The notes beneath the pieces are model-generated. The model saw nothing but the letters and a program-made list of their open reading frames with translations. It did not search any database and was not told where the DNA came from. A stretch of 64,000 nt of DNA, from positions 36,995 to 100,994 of the forward strand of contig CAZCAA010000002.1 in the NCBI GenBank assembly GCA_964496585.1, given 5' to 3'. Source of the stretch: an uncultured Ferruginibacter sp. Lineage in GTDB: Bacteria > Bacteroidota > Bacteroidia > Chitinophagales > Chitinophagaceae. The translations under genes were made by a program, and so were the position numbers. Of this stretch, positions 40,960 through 50,571 are shown piece by piece. The first letter of the stretch is position 1; each line of letters starts with the position of its first letter.

Positions 40960-41484
40960 TCACCAATTCATTCTGTTTCTGAGAGAATTGATATGAGCTA
41001 TATGATGCCTTCCATGCCATGCATACATTCCTAATAAATACCAAAGTGATAATTCCTTTTTATGTTCAGGATGAAAAACGGTACGTTTAAATTGCTCTTC
41101 TGTAATATTTTTTAATATTTCATACCATCGGGCATGCAACGCAAAAAGCAATGTAATAGATATATTAACGGGGCAGTTTGTTGTGTCATCCATTTCTGCC
41201 CATGAGGCTTCCAGGTAAGGCTTTATAGCCGGATTCTCTTCAGTAAGGCCCAGCTTAAATCTTATATAAGCGTTCATATGGCTATCTGCAACATGATGCA
41301 CAACCTGTTTCACCGTCCAGCCACCCTCACGGTAAGGTATCTCTAACTGATTGTGATCAAGGTTAGTGATTGTGTACTCTAATTGCAACGGTGCCGATTT
41401 AATATCAAGCAACCATTCTCCCAATTGTTTCTGAGAAAATGGTTGCTCAATATATTTACCAATCGGGTATTTTAGATCTTCCAT
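40960..41484 (-). CDS. YfiT family bacillithiol S-transferase (DinB superfamily)
   Basis: 'LKYPIG', 'YREGGWT..QVVHHVADSH', 'YAWHGRHH'. Confidence 0.92.
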   Translation of the reverse strand: MEDLKYPIGKYIEQPFSQKQLGEWLLDIKSAPLQLEYTITNLDHNQLEIPYREGGWTVKQVVHHVADSHMNAYIRFKLGLTEENPAIKPYLEASWAEMDDTTNCPVNISITLLFALHARWYEILKNITEEQFKRTVFHPEHKKELSLWYLLGMYAWHGRHHIAHINSLRNRMNW

Positions 41485-41486
41485 TA

Positions 41487-42239
41487 TTATTTTACGGTTG
41501 CCGGTTTTACTTCCAGCAATGTGATTTCAAATACGAGTGTTGCTCCGCCTGGAATTGCACCACCAGCTCCCCTATCACCGTAGGCAAGATCGGTTGGGAT
41601 ATAAACTTTCCAATGGGCACCTTTTGTCATCAATTGCAAAATGTCTGTCCATCCCTTGATTACACCATTTACCGGAAATGTTGCTGGTCCTCTTCCCGTG
41701 GAAGCATCAAATTGTTTTCCATCGATAGTGGTTCCAATATAATCTACAACAACAGTATCTTGTGCTGTTGGCTTAATTCCATCGGCTTCGCCTGCTTTAA
41801 GAATTTCGTACTGAAGTCCGCCCGGTAAGCTTACTACTCCTGCACGTTTTGCATTTGTTGCCAGATAGGCATCACCTTTAGCCCTTTCTACTGCAGTAAG
41901 TTTTTTGCTATCTGCCTCTTTAGCTTTACTAAAAATAGCCATCTGCTCCTGCATTTTATTGTTACATTCTTCTGAGGTTAATGCTGTTGGCCTGCTCTTA
42001 AATACGTCTTCAATAGCCTTTACCATTAAACTTGTGTTCAGGTTGTTAATTCCCTGGTCCTTCATATTGTTGGCGATGTTAACACCAACCGCATAGCTAA
42101 AACTATCCATCAGGTTTTTCATTACCGGTGCTGTCGGTGCTTTTGTGATACCAGGTTTTGCAACCGGCTTTTTATCCTGAGCATTTACTGCAAAAGTTGC
42201 AGATGCCATTGCTAAAAAACAAAAAACTACTTTCTTCAT
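41487..42239 (-). CDS. FKBP-type peptidyl-prolyl isomerase
   Basis: 'GLQYEI', 'VIKGW', 'LAYG', 'IPGGATLVFEI'. Confidence 0.95.
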   Translation of the reverse strand: MKKVVFCFLAMASATFAVNAQDKKPVAKPGITKAPTAPVMKNLMDSFSYAVGVNIANNMKDQGINNLNTSLMVKAIEDVFKSRPTALTSEECNNKMQEQMAIFSKAKEADSKKLTAVERAKGDAYLATNAKRAGVVSLPGGLQYEILKAGEADGIKPTAQDTVVVDYIGTTIDGKQFDASTGRGPATFPVNGVIKGWTDILQLMTKGAHWKVYIPTDLAYGDRGAGGAIPGGATLVFEITLLEVKPATVK

Positions 42240-42283
42240 TAATATTCGTTTAGGTTATAAAATTTATGCAAATAAAAACAACT

Positions 42284-43045
42284 TTATTCATCCCGCATCT
42301 GCCTGCCTGTTAAATGTATGAAAACGTCTTCTAAATTGGCAGCTTTTACCTGTTTAGGACGTTCAAAACCGCTGGCTACCAGTTCATCAATCATTTTATC
42401 AGGAGAATCCAGCTTTATGATCTTTCCCTCATCAATGATGGCAATTCTGTCACAAAGTTGTTCGGCTTCATCCATATAATGCGTAGTGATAATTACGGTA
42501 GTACCGTTATTTCTGATTTCCTTGATGAGATCCCATAAATTTCGTCTGGCCTGGGGATCAAGTCCGGTGGTTGGTTCATCAAGAAAAACAATCCTTGGTG
42601 TGTTGATTAATGTTGTGGCAATAGAAAATCGTTGTTTTTGTCCGCCGCTTAATTCTTTGCTTTTATTTTTAGCCTTATCTTCCAGGTTCACTTTTTTTAG
42701 CAACTCCATGGCATTAACCGGCTTGTTGTATAAACCACCGAATAGCCTGATCAATTCCAGCAGATTTAAGCCGGGATAAAATCCGGAAGTTTGTAACTGT
42801 ACACCGATAATTTTTTTAATCTCTTCCGGCTTTTTATCAAGATCAATACCATCAACAATCACTTCCCCACTTGTTTTCTGCCGCAATGTTTCTATAATCT
42901 CTAATGTAGTTGATTTTCCAGCGCCGTTTGGTCCGAGCAATCCAAATATTTCACCCTCATATACATCAAAGGATATAGATTTTACGGCCTGGAAATTACC
43001 ATAATTTTTAACAAGATTTTTAACTGATATGATTTTGTTCGCCAT
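42284..43045 (-). CDS. ABC transporter ATP-binding protein
   Basis: 'GPNGAGKST', 'LSGGQ', 'FLDEPTTGLD', 'TTH'. Confidence 0.95.
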   Translation of the reverse strand: MANKIISVKNLVKNYGNFQAVKSISFDVYEGEIFGLLGPNGAGKSTTLEIIETLRQKTSGEVIVDGIDLDKKPEEIKKIIGVQLQTSGFYPGLNLLELIRLFGGLYNKPVNAMELLKKVNLEDKAKNKSKELSGGQKQRFSIATTLINTPRIVFLDEPTTGLDPQARRNLWDLIKEIRNNGTTVIITTHYMDEAEQLCDRIAIIDEGKIIKLDSPDKMIDELVASGFERPKQVKAANLEDVFIHLTGRQMRDE

Positions 43046-43109
43046 TAATTTAGTTTAACATAAGTTAAGGGCATTCGCCATTCCGAGCCTGCTAACCTGT
43101 TTAAGGCAG

Positions 43110-44135
43110 TTAACTTTTTTTGATTTCTGCCTGCATGAAACCATCCAGTTCTTCCATCATTATTTTACTACCAATAAAAAAAGGAGTCCGCTGGTGTAGT
43201 TCTGTTGGTTGAATATCCAGGATCCGCTGCCTACCGTCAGTTGCTTTACCACCAGCCTTTTCTACTATAAAGGCAAATGGATTGCATTCATATAATAAGC
43301 GGAGTTTTCCTTTTGGTTTGTCTGTTGTTCCCGGGTACATAAAGATGCCACCTTTAATCAGGTTGCGATGAACATCGGCCACCATGCTACCAATATATCG
43401 CTGCGTGTATGGACCACCGGTAGTTTTATCTTTCTTCTGGCAACCGGTAATATATTCCTTTACAGGTTGCTCAAACTGGAAGAAATTACCATGATTTACG
43501 GAATAGAATTTCCCGGTTTCCGGGCATTTTATATCAGGGTGACTTAATGTAAATTCGCCGATTGATTGATCCAATGTAAAACCGTTCACTCCACGCCGGG
43601 TTGCATATACCATCATGGTAGAAGATCCGTAAATCATGTATCCTGCAGCAACCTGTTTATTGCCGGGCTGCAAAAAATCTGCTTCGGAAGCAGGTTTTCC
43701 TAATTCACTAACGCGGCGGTAAATACTAAAAATAGTTCCGATAGAAACATTAACATCAATATTGCTGCTGCCATCCAATGGATCAAAAAGGCAAACGTAT
43801 TTAGATTTGTTACTGATCTCATCATCAAATACAACAATATCATCCATCTCTTCACTACCTATACCGGCGCAACTGATTCCGTGCCTTAAAACACCCATAA
43901 ACTGGTTATTGGCAAAAACGTCCAATTTTTTAACTTCTTCCCCCTGCACGTTAATCGAGCCATCATCACCTAAGATATCTACCAAACCGGCTTTATTTAC
44001 TTCTACATGTACTCTTTTTGCTGCAAGGCCCATATCTCTTAATAAACTAGACAATTCGCCTGTTGCACGAGGAAAGTCTCTTAATTGCTGGATAGTAAAT
44101 TCATCCAACGTTTGTATTTTTCTGTTGATTGCCAT
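43110..44135 (-). CDS. fbp: Class 1 fructose-1,6-bisphosphatase
   Basis: 'DPLDGSSN', 'RYIGSMVADVHR', 'KLRLLYE'. Confidence 0.96.
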   Translation of the reverse strand: MAINRKIQTLDEFTIQQLRDFPRATGELSSLLRDMGLAAKRVHVEVNKAGLVDILGDDGSINVQGEEVKKLDVFANNQFMGVLRHGISCAGIGSEEMDDIVVFDDEISNKSKYVCLFDPLDGSSNIDVNVSIGTIFSIYRRVSELGKPASEADFLQPGNKQVAAGYMIYGSSTMMVYATRRGVNGFTLDQSIGEFTLSHPDIKCPETGKFYSVNHGNFFQFEQPVKEYITGCQKKDKTTGGPYTQRYIGSMVADVHRNLIKGGIFMYPGTTDKPKGKLRLLYECNPFAFIVEKAGGKATDGRQRILDIQPTELHQRTPFFIGSKIMMEELDGFMQAEIKKS

Positions 44136-44289
44136 AAAACAATTTCCGGTTTACAATTTACGAAGTTAGATTTGCTGCTCAAATGTAAGGTTTATATTAT
44201 TTTTAATGCTAAATCACGGTTCGGAAATTATTATTTCAGTTCCGTTTATTTCATATTTAAACAAACGGCGAACATTCAAATATTTAATA

Positions 44290-45558
44290 ATGAGGGTATA
44301 CAAATTTGGCGGGGCAAGTATAAATAGTATTGAAAGGATCAAAAACACCGGCAAAATAATAACGTCGCAGAAACCGGAAAAATTATTGGTTGTTATTTCT
44401 GCGATGGGAAAAACTACTAACGCCCTTGAAAAAGTGGTTGATGCTTTTTTTGAAGGAAAACTGGATGATGCTCTTGCATTATTTGAACAGGTAAAGGATA
44501 CTCACCTCAATATACTTAAATACTTAACAGTTGTAAACTGGCAGGAAGCTGAAAATCAATTTAAAGATTTTTTTACTGAAGTTGAATGGATGCTGCATGA
44601 CAAACCTGTAAAAAGTTACGACTATTATTACGACCAGATTGTGTGCTGCGGCGAATTGTTAAGTACTGCAATGATCAGCCATTATTTAACCGAACAGAAA
44701 ATAAAAAATAAATGGGTAGACGTTAGGGACATCATTAAAACAGATAGCAATTTCAGGGATGCGGGCATAGAATGGGACATCACAGAAAAAAAAATACAGG
44801 AAGAAATTTTGCCTTTGTTTCAGGAGTATGATATCGTAATAACACAGGGTTTCGTGGGCTCAACAGATGAAAATGAAAGCACTACCTTGGGGCGAGAGGG
44901 AAGCGATTATACAGCGGCAATCTTTGCAAATTTATTAGCCGCAGATTCACTAACTATCTGGAAAGATGTAGATGCAGTAATGAGTGCAGATCCTAAATTA
45001 TACAAGGATGCCACGATAATTGCGGCTTTGAGTTTTACTGAGGTAATCGAAATGGCATATTATGGAGCCCAGGTGATACATCCAAAAACAATTAAGCCTT
45101 TACAAAATAAAAATATACCCTTATATGTAAAAAGCTTTTTGGATCCCTCTCTACCAGGAACATCCATTACAAAAAATCCTGTAAAAAACTTACCGGCTAT
45201 TATCGTTGATAAGCAACATCAGGTAATGATTCAATTTAAATCGAAAGACTTTTCATTTGTTGAAGACAAACCAATTCATCAATTGCATGAACTATTTAAC
45301 CTGGTAAAAATTAAACCGAATCTTACTCAAAATACAGCTATTTCATTTTTGTGTTGCTTTGATGACAGGGGGGAAAAAATAGACCAGCTGGCTGCGGATG
45401 CTTCACTTATTTTTGATGTGGAAGTGGAAAAAAACTTAAGGTTACTTACGATAAGGCATTACGATGATGCAACAATTACAGCACTAACGGCTGGTAAAAA
45501 AATTATGCTTGAACAAAAAACAACTGAAACGGTGCAACTGTTAATGAGAAATTCCTGA
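44290..45558 (+). CDS. lysC: Aspartate kinase
   Basis: 'KFGGAS', 'VISAMG', 'TLGREGSDYTA'; start reassigned to 44290. Confidence 0.92.
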   Translation: MRVYKFGGASINSIERIKNTGKIITSQKPEKLLVVISAMGKTTNALEKVVDAFFEGKLDDALALFEQVKDTHLNILKYLTVVNWQEAENQFKDFFTEVEWMLHDKPVKSYDYYYDQIVCCGELLSTAMISHYLTEQKIKNKWVDVRDIIKTDSNFRDAGIEWDITEKKIQEEILPLFQEYDIVITQGFVGSTDENESTTLGREGSDYTAAIFANLLAADSLTIWKDVDAVMSADPKLYKDATIIAALSFTEVIEMAYYGAQVIHPKTIKPLQNKNIPLYVKSFLDPSLPGTSITKNPVKNLPAIIVDKQHQVMIQFKSKDFSFVEDKPIHQLHELFNLVKIKPNLTQNTAISFLCCFDDRGEKIDQLAADASLIFDVEVEKNLRLLTIRHYDDATITALTAGKKIMLEQKTTETVQLLMRNS

Positions 45559-45579
45559 AAATTCTATTAAAGAAAATTA

Positions 45580-46344
45580 TTAATTGAATACATATTCTCC
45601 TTTCTTGTTTACCATGATCACAGGCAACTGTTTTTTTGCTTCAAAGTAATCAAATACTTCACGTATGCTTTTATTAAACTGAAGCAGGTATGTATTGTCT
45701 TTGATTGTATTACTTAAAAATTCCATAGATTTCTTCACGTTATATCGTACGGGAAAAACGTGCACCGGAATAAACTCCTGGCCATTCGCTTTTACACTGC
45801 TGGCAATTATATATAATTCTTCTATTGGAATATCACTGATAGCAATACAACCTGTAGAAACACAGTTCCCGTGGATGTAAATTGAATTACCAGGCTTTTC
45901 AGGATCACTTAATATTTTATCAGATGCATTGGGGTAATTCAGCCCTAATGAAAGATGGTAATTGCTATTGGGATTAAATTCATTGATCTGGTAAAAACCT
46001 TCCGGCACCTGATAATCTCCCTGCATACGTTTTGGGCCCATAGTGCCGCTTTGCATACAAATCTTATAGGTCTTAAATAATTTATAGGGCTCTTTGATAT
46101 CTCCTTTTACCCAAACTTCTAACTGCCGGTCGTACTTAAAACTTCGGATGTACAGAGATTGAGGTGGATAGGTTAACTGTTGCTTTTCAAATTGCTTTTT
46201 TACGGAGTCTTCCATACGGCTTAACATTGCCGGTATTTTGTAAGAGGTACGTTGTATGGGATTTACAGCGTTTTGCGAAAACAATTTCGCATTGTAGCAT
46301 AAACATATAAAACTAAATAAAAATATTTTTTTGAAACAACCCAT
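45580..46344 (-). CDS. L,D-transpeptidase family protein (YafK/DpaA-like)
   Basis: 'GPKRMQGD.QVPEGFY', 'YPN', 'IYIHGNCVSTGCIA'. Confidence 0.9.
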   Translation of the reverse strand: MGCFKKIFLFSFICLCYNAKLFSQNAVNPIQRTSYKIPAMLSRMEDSVKKQFEKQQLTYPPQSLYIRSFKYDRQLEVWVKGDIKEPYKLFKTYKICMQSGTMGPKRMQGDYQVPEGFYQINEFNPNSNYHLSLGLNYPNASDKILSDPEKPGNSIYIHGNCVSTGCIAISDIPIEELYIIASSVKANGQEFIPVHVFPVRYNVKKSMEFLSNTIKDNTYLLQFNKSIREVFDYFEAKKQLPVIMVNKKGEYVFN

Positions 46345-46594
46345 TTATATTCAAATTGCGTTTACACTTGATTGAAAGTGAAAATAATAAAATATTGTGT
46401 TCGCCGATGTTAAATAATGCTAGTTCCCAAAACTGCCGCTAGTCAGATGTGGGATTTACGGATAAATAGGGCATTTTTACAACAGCTTCATGAGTGCATT
46501 TTAATCCTACATCATATTATTTCCAAAAACAAAGTCATTATTTTTCTTTTTGTTTAAACATACCTTGATCTATAAAAATTATTTAAAAAGCTGC

Positions 46595-47731
46595 TTACAG
46601 GTTACCTCTTGCATCCTGCTCTCGTTCCAATGCCTCAAACAATGCTTTAAAATTTCCTTTACCGAAACTCTTTGCTCCTTTCCGCTGAATAATCTCAAAA
46701 AACAGCGTTGGCCTGTCCTGCAAAGGCTTGCTGAAAATCTGTAACAAATAACCTTCATCATCTTTATCGATCAAAATTCCTAATTCGCTTAATGGTTGCA
46801 GGTCTTCATCAATTTTACCAACCCTGTCCAGCACATCAGCATAATAACTTGCCGGTATAGATAAAAACTGAATGCCCCTGCTTTGCAACTCCCGTACAGT
46901 TTTTACAATATCATCAGTGGCAATGGCAACATGCTGTACCCCTTCACCATCGTAAAAATCGAGGTATTCTTCAACCTGACTTTTCTTTTTACCTTCAGCA
47001 GGCTCATTGATAGGAAATTTCACATAGCCGTTTCCGTTACTCATTACCTTGCTCATCAGCGCAGAATATTCTGTTGAAATATCATTGTCATCAAATGAAA
47101 GAATATTACGAAACCCCATTACGTCTTCATAAAATTTTACCCATGGATTCATCTGGTTCCAGCCAACGTTACCTACGCAATGATCAACATATAACAGGCC
47201 GGTAGTCGTTGGATTGTATTCAGATTTCCATTCCCTGAAACCAGGCATGAACAATCCACTGTAATCTTTTCTTTCAATAAAAAGGTGAACTGTATCTCCG
47301 TAAGTATGAATGCCACTCATTACAACAACACCGTCCGAATCTTTCTTTGTTAGTGGCTCCATATAACTTTTGCCTCCCCTTGTGGTAGTTTGTTTCCAGG
47401 CGTCTGTTGCATCGTCTACTTTTAAAGCAAGGAACTTTACACCATCTCCGTGCTTAGCTACGTGCTGCGCAATCTCACTATCCTGACGTAAAGCTGTAGT
47501 TAAAACGAAAGTGAGTTTATTTTGGCGAATCACATAACTCACTCTATCCATCAAACCTGTTTCCGGACCAGCATAAGCCAGTGATTGAAAACCAAAAGCT
47601 GTTTTGTAAAAGTGTGCTGATTGTTTTGCATTGCCTACGTAAAATTCAACATAGTCAGTACCATGCAAAGGAAGGAAATCAGTAGTGTCTTTTGTAAGTT
47701 TTTCTGGAGTAGCAACTGTGGAATTAGACAT
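46595..47731 (-). CDS. hppD: 4-hydroxyphenylpyruvate dioxygenase
   Basis: 'HGDGV', 'DHCVGN', 'GVQHVA', 'LLQIF', 'FFEIIQR...FGKGNF'. Confidence 0.97.
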   Translation of the reverse strand: MSNSTVATPEKLTKDTTDFLPLHGTDYVEFYVGNAKQSAHFYKTAFGFQSLAYAGPETGLMDRVSYVIRQNKLTFVLTTALRQDSEIAQHVAKHGDGVKFLALKVDDATDAWKQTTTRGGKSYMEPLTKKDSDGVVVMSGIHTYGDTVHLFIERKDYSGLFMPGFREWKSEYNPTTTGLLYVDHCVGNVGWNQMNPWVKFYEDVMGFRNILSFDDNDISTEYSALMSKVMSNGNGYVKFPINEPAEGKKKSQVEEYLDFYDGEGVQHVAIATDDIVKTVRELQSRGIQFLSIPASYYADVLDRVGKIDEDLQPLSELGILIDKDDEGYLLQIFSKPLQDRPTLFFEIIQRKGAKSFGKGNFKALFEALEREQDARGNL

Positions 47732-47812
47732 ACAATTATTTATTTTTAGGTGATCTGTGTAAAATTATAAAAAAGAATTTACCGTGAAATAACCGGCGGT
47801 TTAATGACGGGA

Positions 47813-47902
47813 TTAGATAGCATCCATGGCTAACGTTACCATCAGCATGTTGTAATTGATACGCTTGTCGCCGAAGATTTTATGTGGATAGTCGGGAATC
47901 AT
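47813..47902 (-). CDS. Putative hppD leader peptide MIPDYPHKIFGDKRINYNMLMVTLAMDAI (29 aa)
   Basis: Hand-translated ATG..TAA starting 8 nt from a consensus promoter and ending 81 nt before hppD. Confidence 0.55.
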   Translation of the reverse strand: MIPDYPHKIFGDKRINYNMLMVTLAMDAI

Positions 47903-47909
47903 CTTAAGC

Positions 47910-47940
47910 CAAAGATAATTAAAACTTAAGAAGGATACAA
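47910..47940 (-). promoter_or_regulatory. Bacteroidetes primary-sigma promoter (-33 TTG / -7 TATCTTTG)
   Basis: TTG-N20-TATCTTTG on the minus strand. Confidence 0.7.
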
Positions 47941-48089
47941 TAGCGTAAATCGTTAAGGTTGATATACAATTAAGTTCAATCTGTTGATTTATATGTCATT
48001 ATTATAAATTGAGTTAAAAACAATTCTATACATTTTTGAGTAGTTTAAAATATTACCGGGTTTTAGCTTGTTCCTTATATATTTGCTTC

Positions 48090-49220
48090 ATGAAAAAAGC
48101 TGGGATATTAGGAGGTGGCCAGTTGGGCCGGATGCTATTGCAAGCTGCGGCAAATTATCCTGTACAGACCTTTATACTTGAAAATGACCCTAACTGCCCG
48201 GCGGCACATTTATGCCATCATTTTATAAAAGGAGATATCACTGATTTTAATGATGTTTATAATTTCGGAAAAACGCTGGATACTATCACGATAGAAATTG
48301 AAAGCGTAAATCTGGAAGCACTGGAAAAGCTGGAATTTGAAGGCGTGAAAGTTTATCCAAAACCGGCAGCACTTAAAATCATCAAAAACAAAATTGAACA
48401 GAAAGAATTTTACAAACAACATCAAATACCAACAAGTGAATTTGTTGTTACCAGTTGTTTCGCAGAACTGGAGGCTCAAGTAAATTTTTTACCTGCTGTA
48501 CATAAATTAGCTTTTGGTGGCTATGATGGTAAAGGTGTAGAAATATTAAAAAATAAAGATGATCTGCACAGAGGTTTTGACGCTCCTGCCATCCTCGAAA
48601 AAAAGATACAAATTAAAAAAGAGATTGCGCTCATTATCGCAGTTAGCAGTAGTGGTGAAATTAAATTTTACAGTCCGGTTGATATGGTTTTCAATCAAAA
48701 CTTAAACTTACTAAGCCACCAGTTAAGTCCGGCAGATCTTCCTCAAAAAGTATTTTGGAAAGCAGAAGCAATTGCCATGAAACTGGTAAAAGAACTAAAG
48801 AGCCCTGGTATATTTGCTGTTGAATTATTCGTTGATATAGACGACAATGTATTGGTAAACGAAACGGCTCCACGCGTACACAATAGTGGTCATCACAGCA
48901 TTGAAGCCTGTTATTGCAGCCAGTTTGATATGTTGTGGCGAATTATGCTTGGCTATCCTTTGGGAAATTCCGATAATATTTTACCTGCTGCCATTGTAAA
49001 CCTGGTTGGCGAACAAGGGCATAGCGGACCGGCAAATTACGAAGGACTGGAAGATGTACTTAAAATGGGAAATGTTTTCGTACATATTTATGGCAAGGCT
49101 GAAACCCGGCCCGGACGGAAAATGGGGCACGTCACTATTCTGAGCAATGAAAGGCAGGAATTATTGCATAAAGCAAATCAAATAAAACATATACTGAAAG
49201 TAACTTCTAACATCTTTTAA
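48090..49220 (+). CDS. purK: N5-carboxyaminoimidazole ribonucleotide synthase
   Basis: 'GILGGGQLGRM', 'GYDGKG', 'NETAPRVHNSGH', 'RKMGH'. Confidence 0.96.
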   Translation: MKKAGILGGGQLGRMLLQAAANYPVQTFILENDPNCPAAHLCHHFIKGDITDFNDVYNFGKTLDTITIEIESVNLEALEKLEFEGVKVYPKPAALKIIKNKIEQKEFYKQHQIPTSEFVVTSCFAELEAQVNFLPAVHKLAFGGYDGKGVEILKNKDDLHRGFDAPAILEKKIQIKKEIALIIAVSSSGEIKFYSPVDMVFNQNLNLLSHQLSPADLPQKVFWKAEAIAMKLVKELKSPGIFAVELFVDIDDNVLVNETAPRVHNSGHHSIEACYCSQFDMLWRIMLGYPLGNSDNILPAAIVNLVGEQGHSGPANYEGLEDVLKMGNVFVHIYGKAETRPGRKMGHVTILSNERQELLHKANQIKHILKVTSNIF

Positions 49221-49253
49221 TATTAATATTTCAACATTGAAATATTACATTCC

Positions 49254-50555
49254 TTAAGGCACTAATTCATTTACCAATCTTTTTAATTCGATTTCTGCTG
49301 ACTTGGCAGCAAAATTTAAATTAACCAACCGAAATCCAGATTCTTCAAAGCTTTTCTGTGCATTCTTAACTTCTACAGCGGTAGCTTGCCTTAACTGAAA
49401 ACGCAAAAGGGTAAGTTCCAGTAATTTCGAAGACAGGGTATAATTTTGTTTGGCCGAATCCAACTGGCTAATGGTATTTTCATACGCCTGAAATTGCTTT
49501 ACTGCCTGTGCGTTAAAATCTCTAATCAATATTTGCTTTTGAATGTAAGCATTGTTAACATCAATCGTTGCAACCTGCTGCTGACGACGAAATATGGAAC
49601 CATTAAAAATTGGTACGGTAACTGAAATGCCGACTGTAGGACCGTAATTTTGGTTGAGTAATACATTCCCGGCTGCAACCTGGTTCCTTGTAAATAAATA
49701 GCCTGCAGTTGCGCGAATTGACGGGTATCGCTGGGCTGCCGTTTCTTTAACGATAAACTCATTTATTTTCACCTGGTTTTCTGCTGCTTTGATATCAACA
49801 TTTTTTGTAACATTATTAAGTATAGATTCAAGTTGAATATCCCTTGCAACAAGAATTGTATCTTTTATAAAGATTGCAGAGTCAGGTTTCAAAGTAAGCA
49901 CGCTCAATAATTCAGTCTTGGCCTGGCTTACAATCAGTTCCTGTGCCAGCTTCGCTTGCTGCAAAACATTAAGGTCTATTTGTGCCTGAAAAAGATCTGC
50001 ATTATTTGCAAGCCCTACACTTTGCCTCACTTTAACGATATCCAATTGTTGTGCAGAAGCCGCAATTGATCGATCTATGGTTTTTATGTAATCCTGTTGA
50101 CGAACAATATCATAATAGGTTACCATCACTGTTGCAATAATATTCTGAACCTGTGCATTCAATAACTCCTGGCTTTGACTTTGAAGTTCTGCAAAGCGTT
50201 TCTTTGTGGCGATTACCCTTCCTCCGTTATATAAGAGCATACTGCCGGTAATATTTCCACTAAGGTTATTAGCGGCAGCATTATTCCTGTTTATGTTAAC
50301 TCCGGTATTTAATTTTTGATTTACGGATGACAGCTGTTCGTTATCTGCAAAATTTGCAGTAACCAATGGAAGCCCGCCGGCGAAACCATAATTATTAAAT
50401 ATTATGGCAGACTCAATACGATTATTAGCCAGTTGAATATCCAGGCTATTTTTCAAAGCAATATTAACGGCATCAGATAGCGGCAGATTCTGCTGAGCAA
50501 AACTGTTAGTTATAAAAATTAAATAGAATCCAATTAAAAAAAATATTCTTTTCAT
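49254..50555 (-). CDS. TolC family outer-membrane efflux protein
   Basis: Signal peptide, OEP repeats, operon context. Confidence 0.9.
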   Translation of the reverse strand: MKRIFFLIGFYLIFITNSFAQQNLPLSDAVNIALKNSLDIQLANNRIESAIIFNNYGFAGGLPLVTANFADNEQLSSVNQKLNTGVNINRNNAAANNLSGNITGSMLLYNGGRVIATKKRFAELQSQSQELLNAQVQNIIATVMVTYYDIVRQQDYIKTIDRSIAASAQQLDIVKVRQSVGLANNADLFQAQIDLNVLQQAKLAQELIVSQAKTELLSVLTLKPDSAIFIKDTILVARDIQLESILNNVTKNVDIKAAENQVKINEFIVKETAAQRYPSIRATAGYLFTRNQVAAGNVLLNQNYGPTVGISVTVPIFNGSIFRRQQQVATIDVNNAYIQKQILIRDFNAQAVKQFQAYENTISQLDSAKQNYTLSSKLLELTLLRFQLRQATAVEVKNAQKSFEESGFRLVNLNFAAKSAEIELKRLVNELVP

Positions 50556-50571
50556 CTACGAGCTGTTTATT

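Noticed and set aside
46446-46513. GATGTGGGATT...AATCCTACATC inverted repeat downstream of hppD
   Set aside because: Long loop and no U-tract; cannot be distinguished from chance or a simple mRNA end structure
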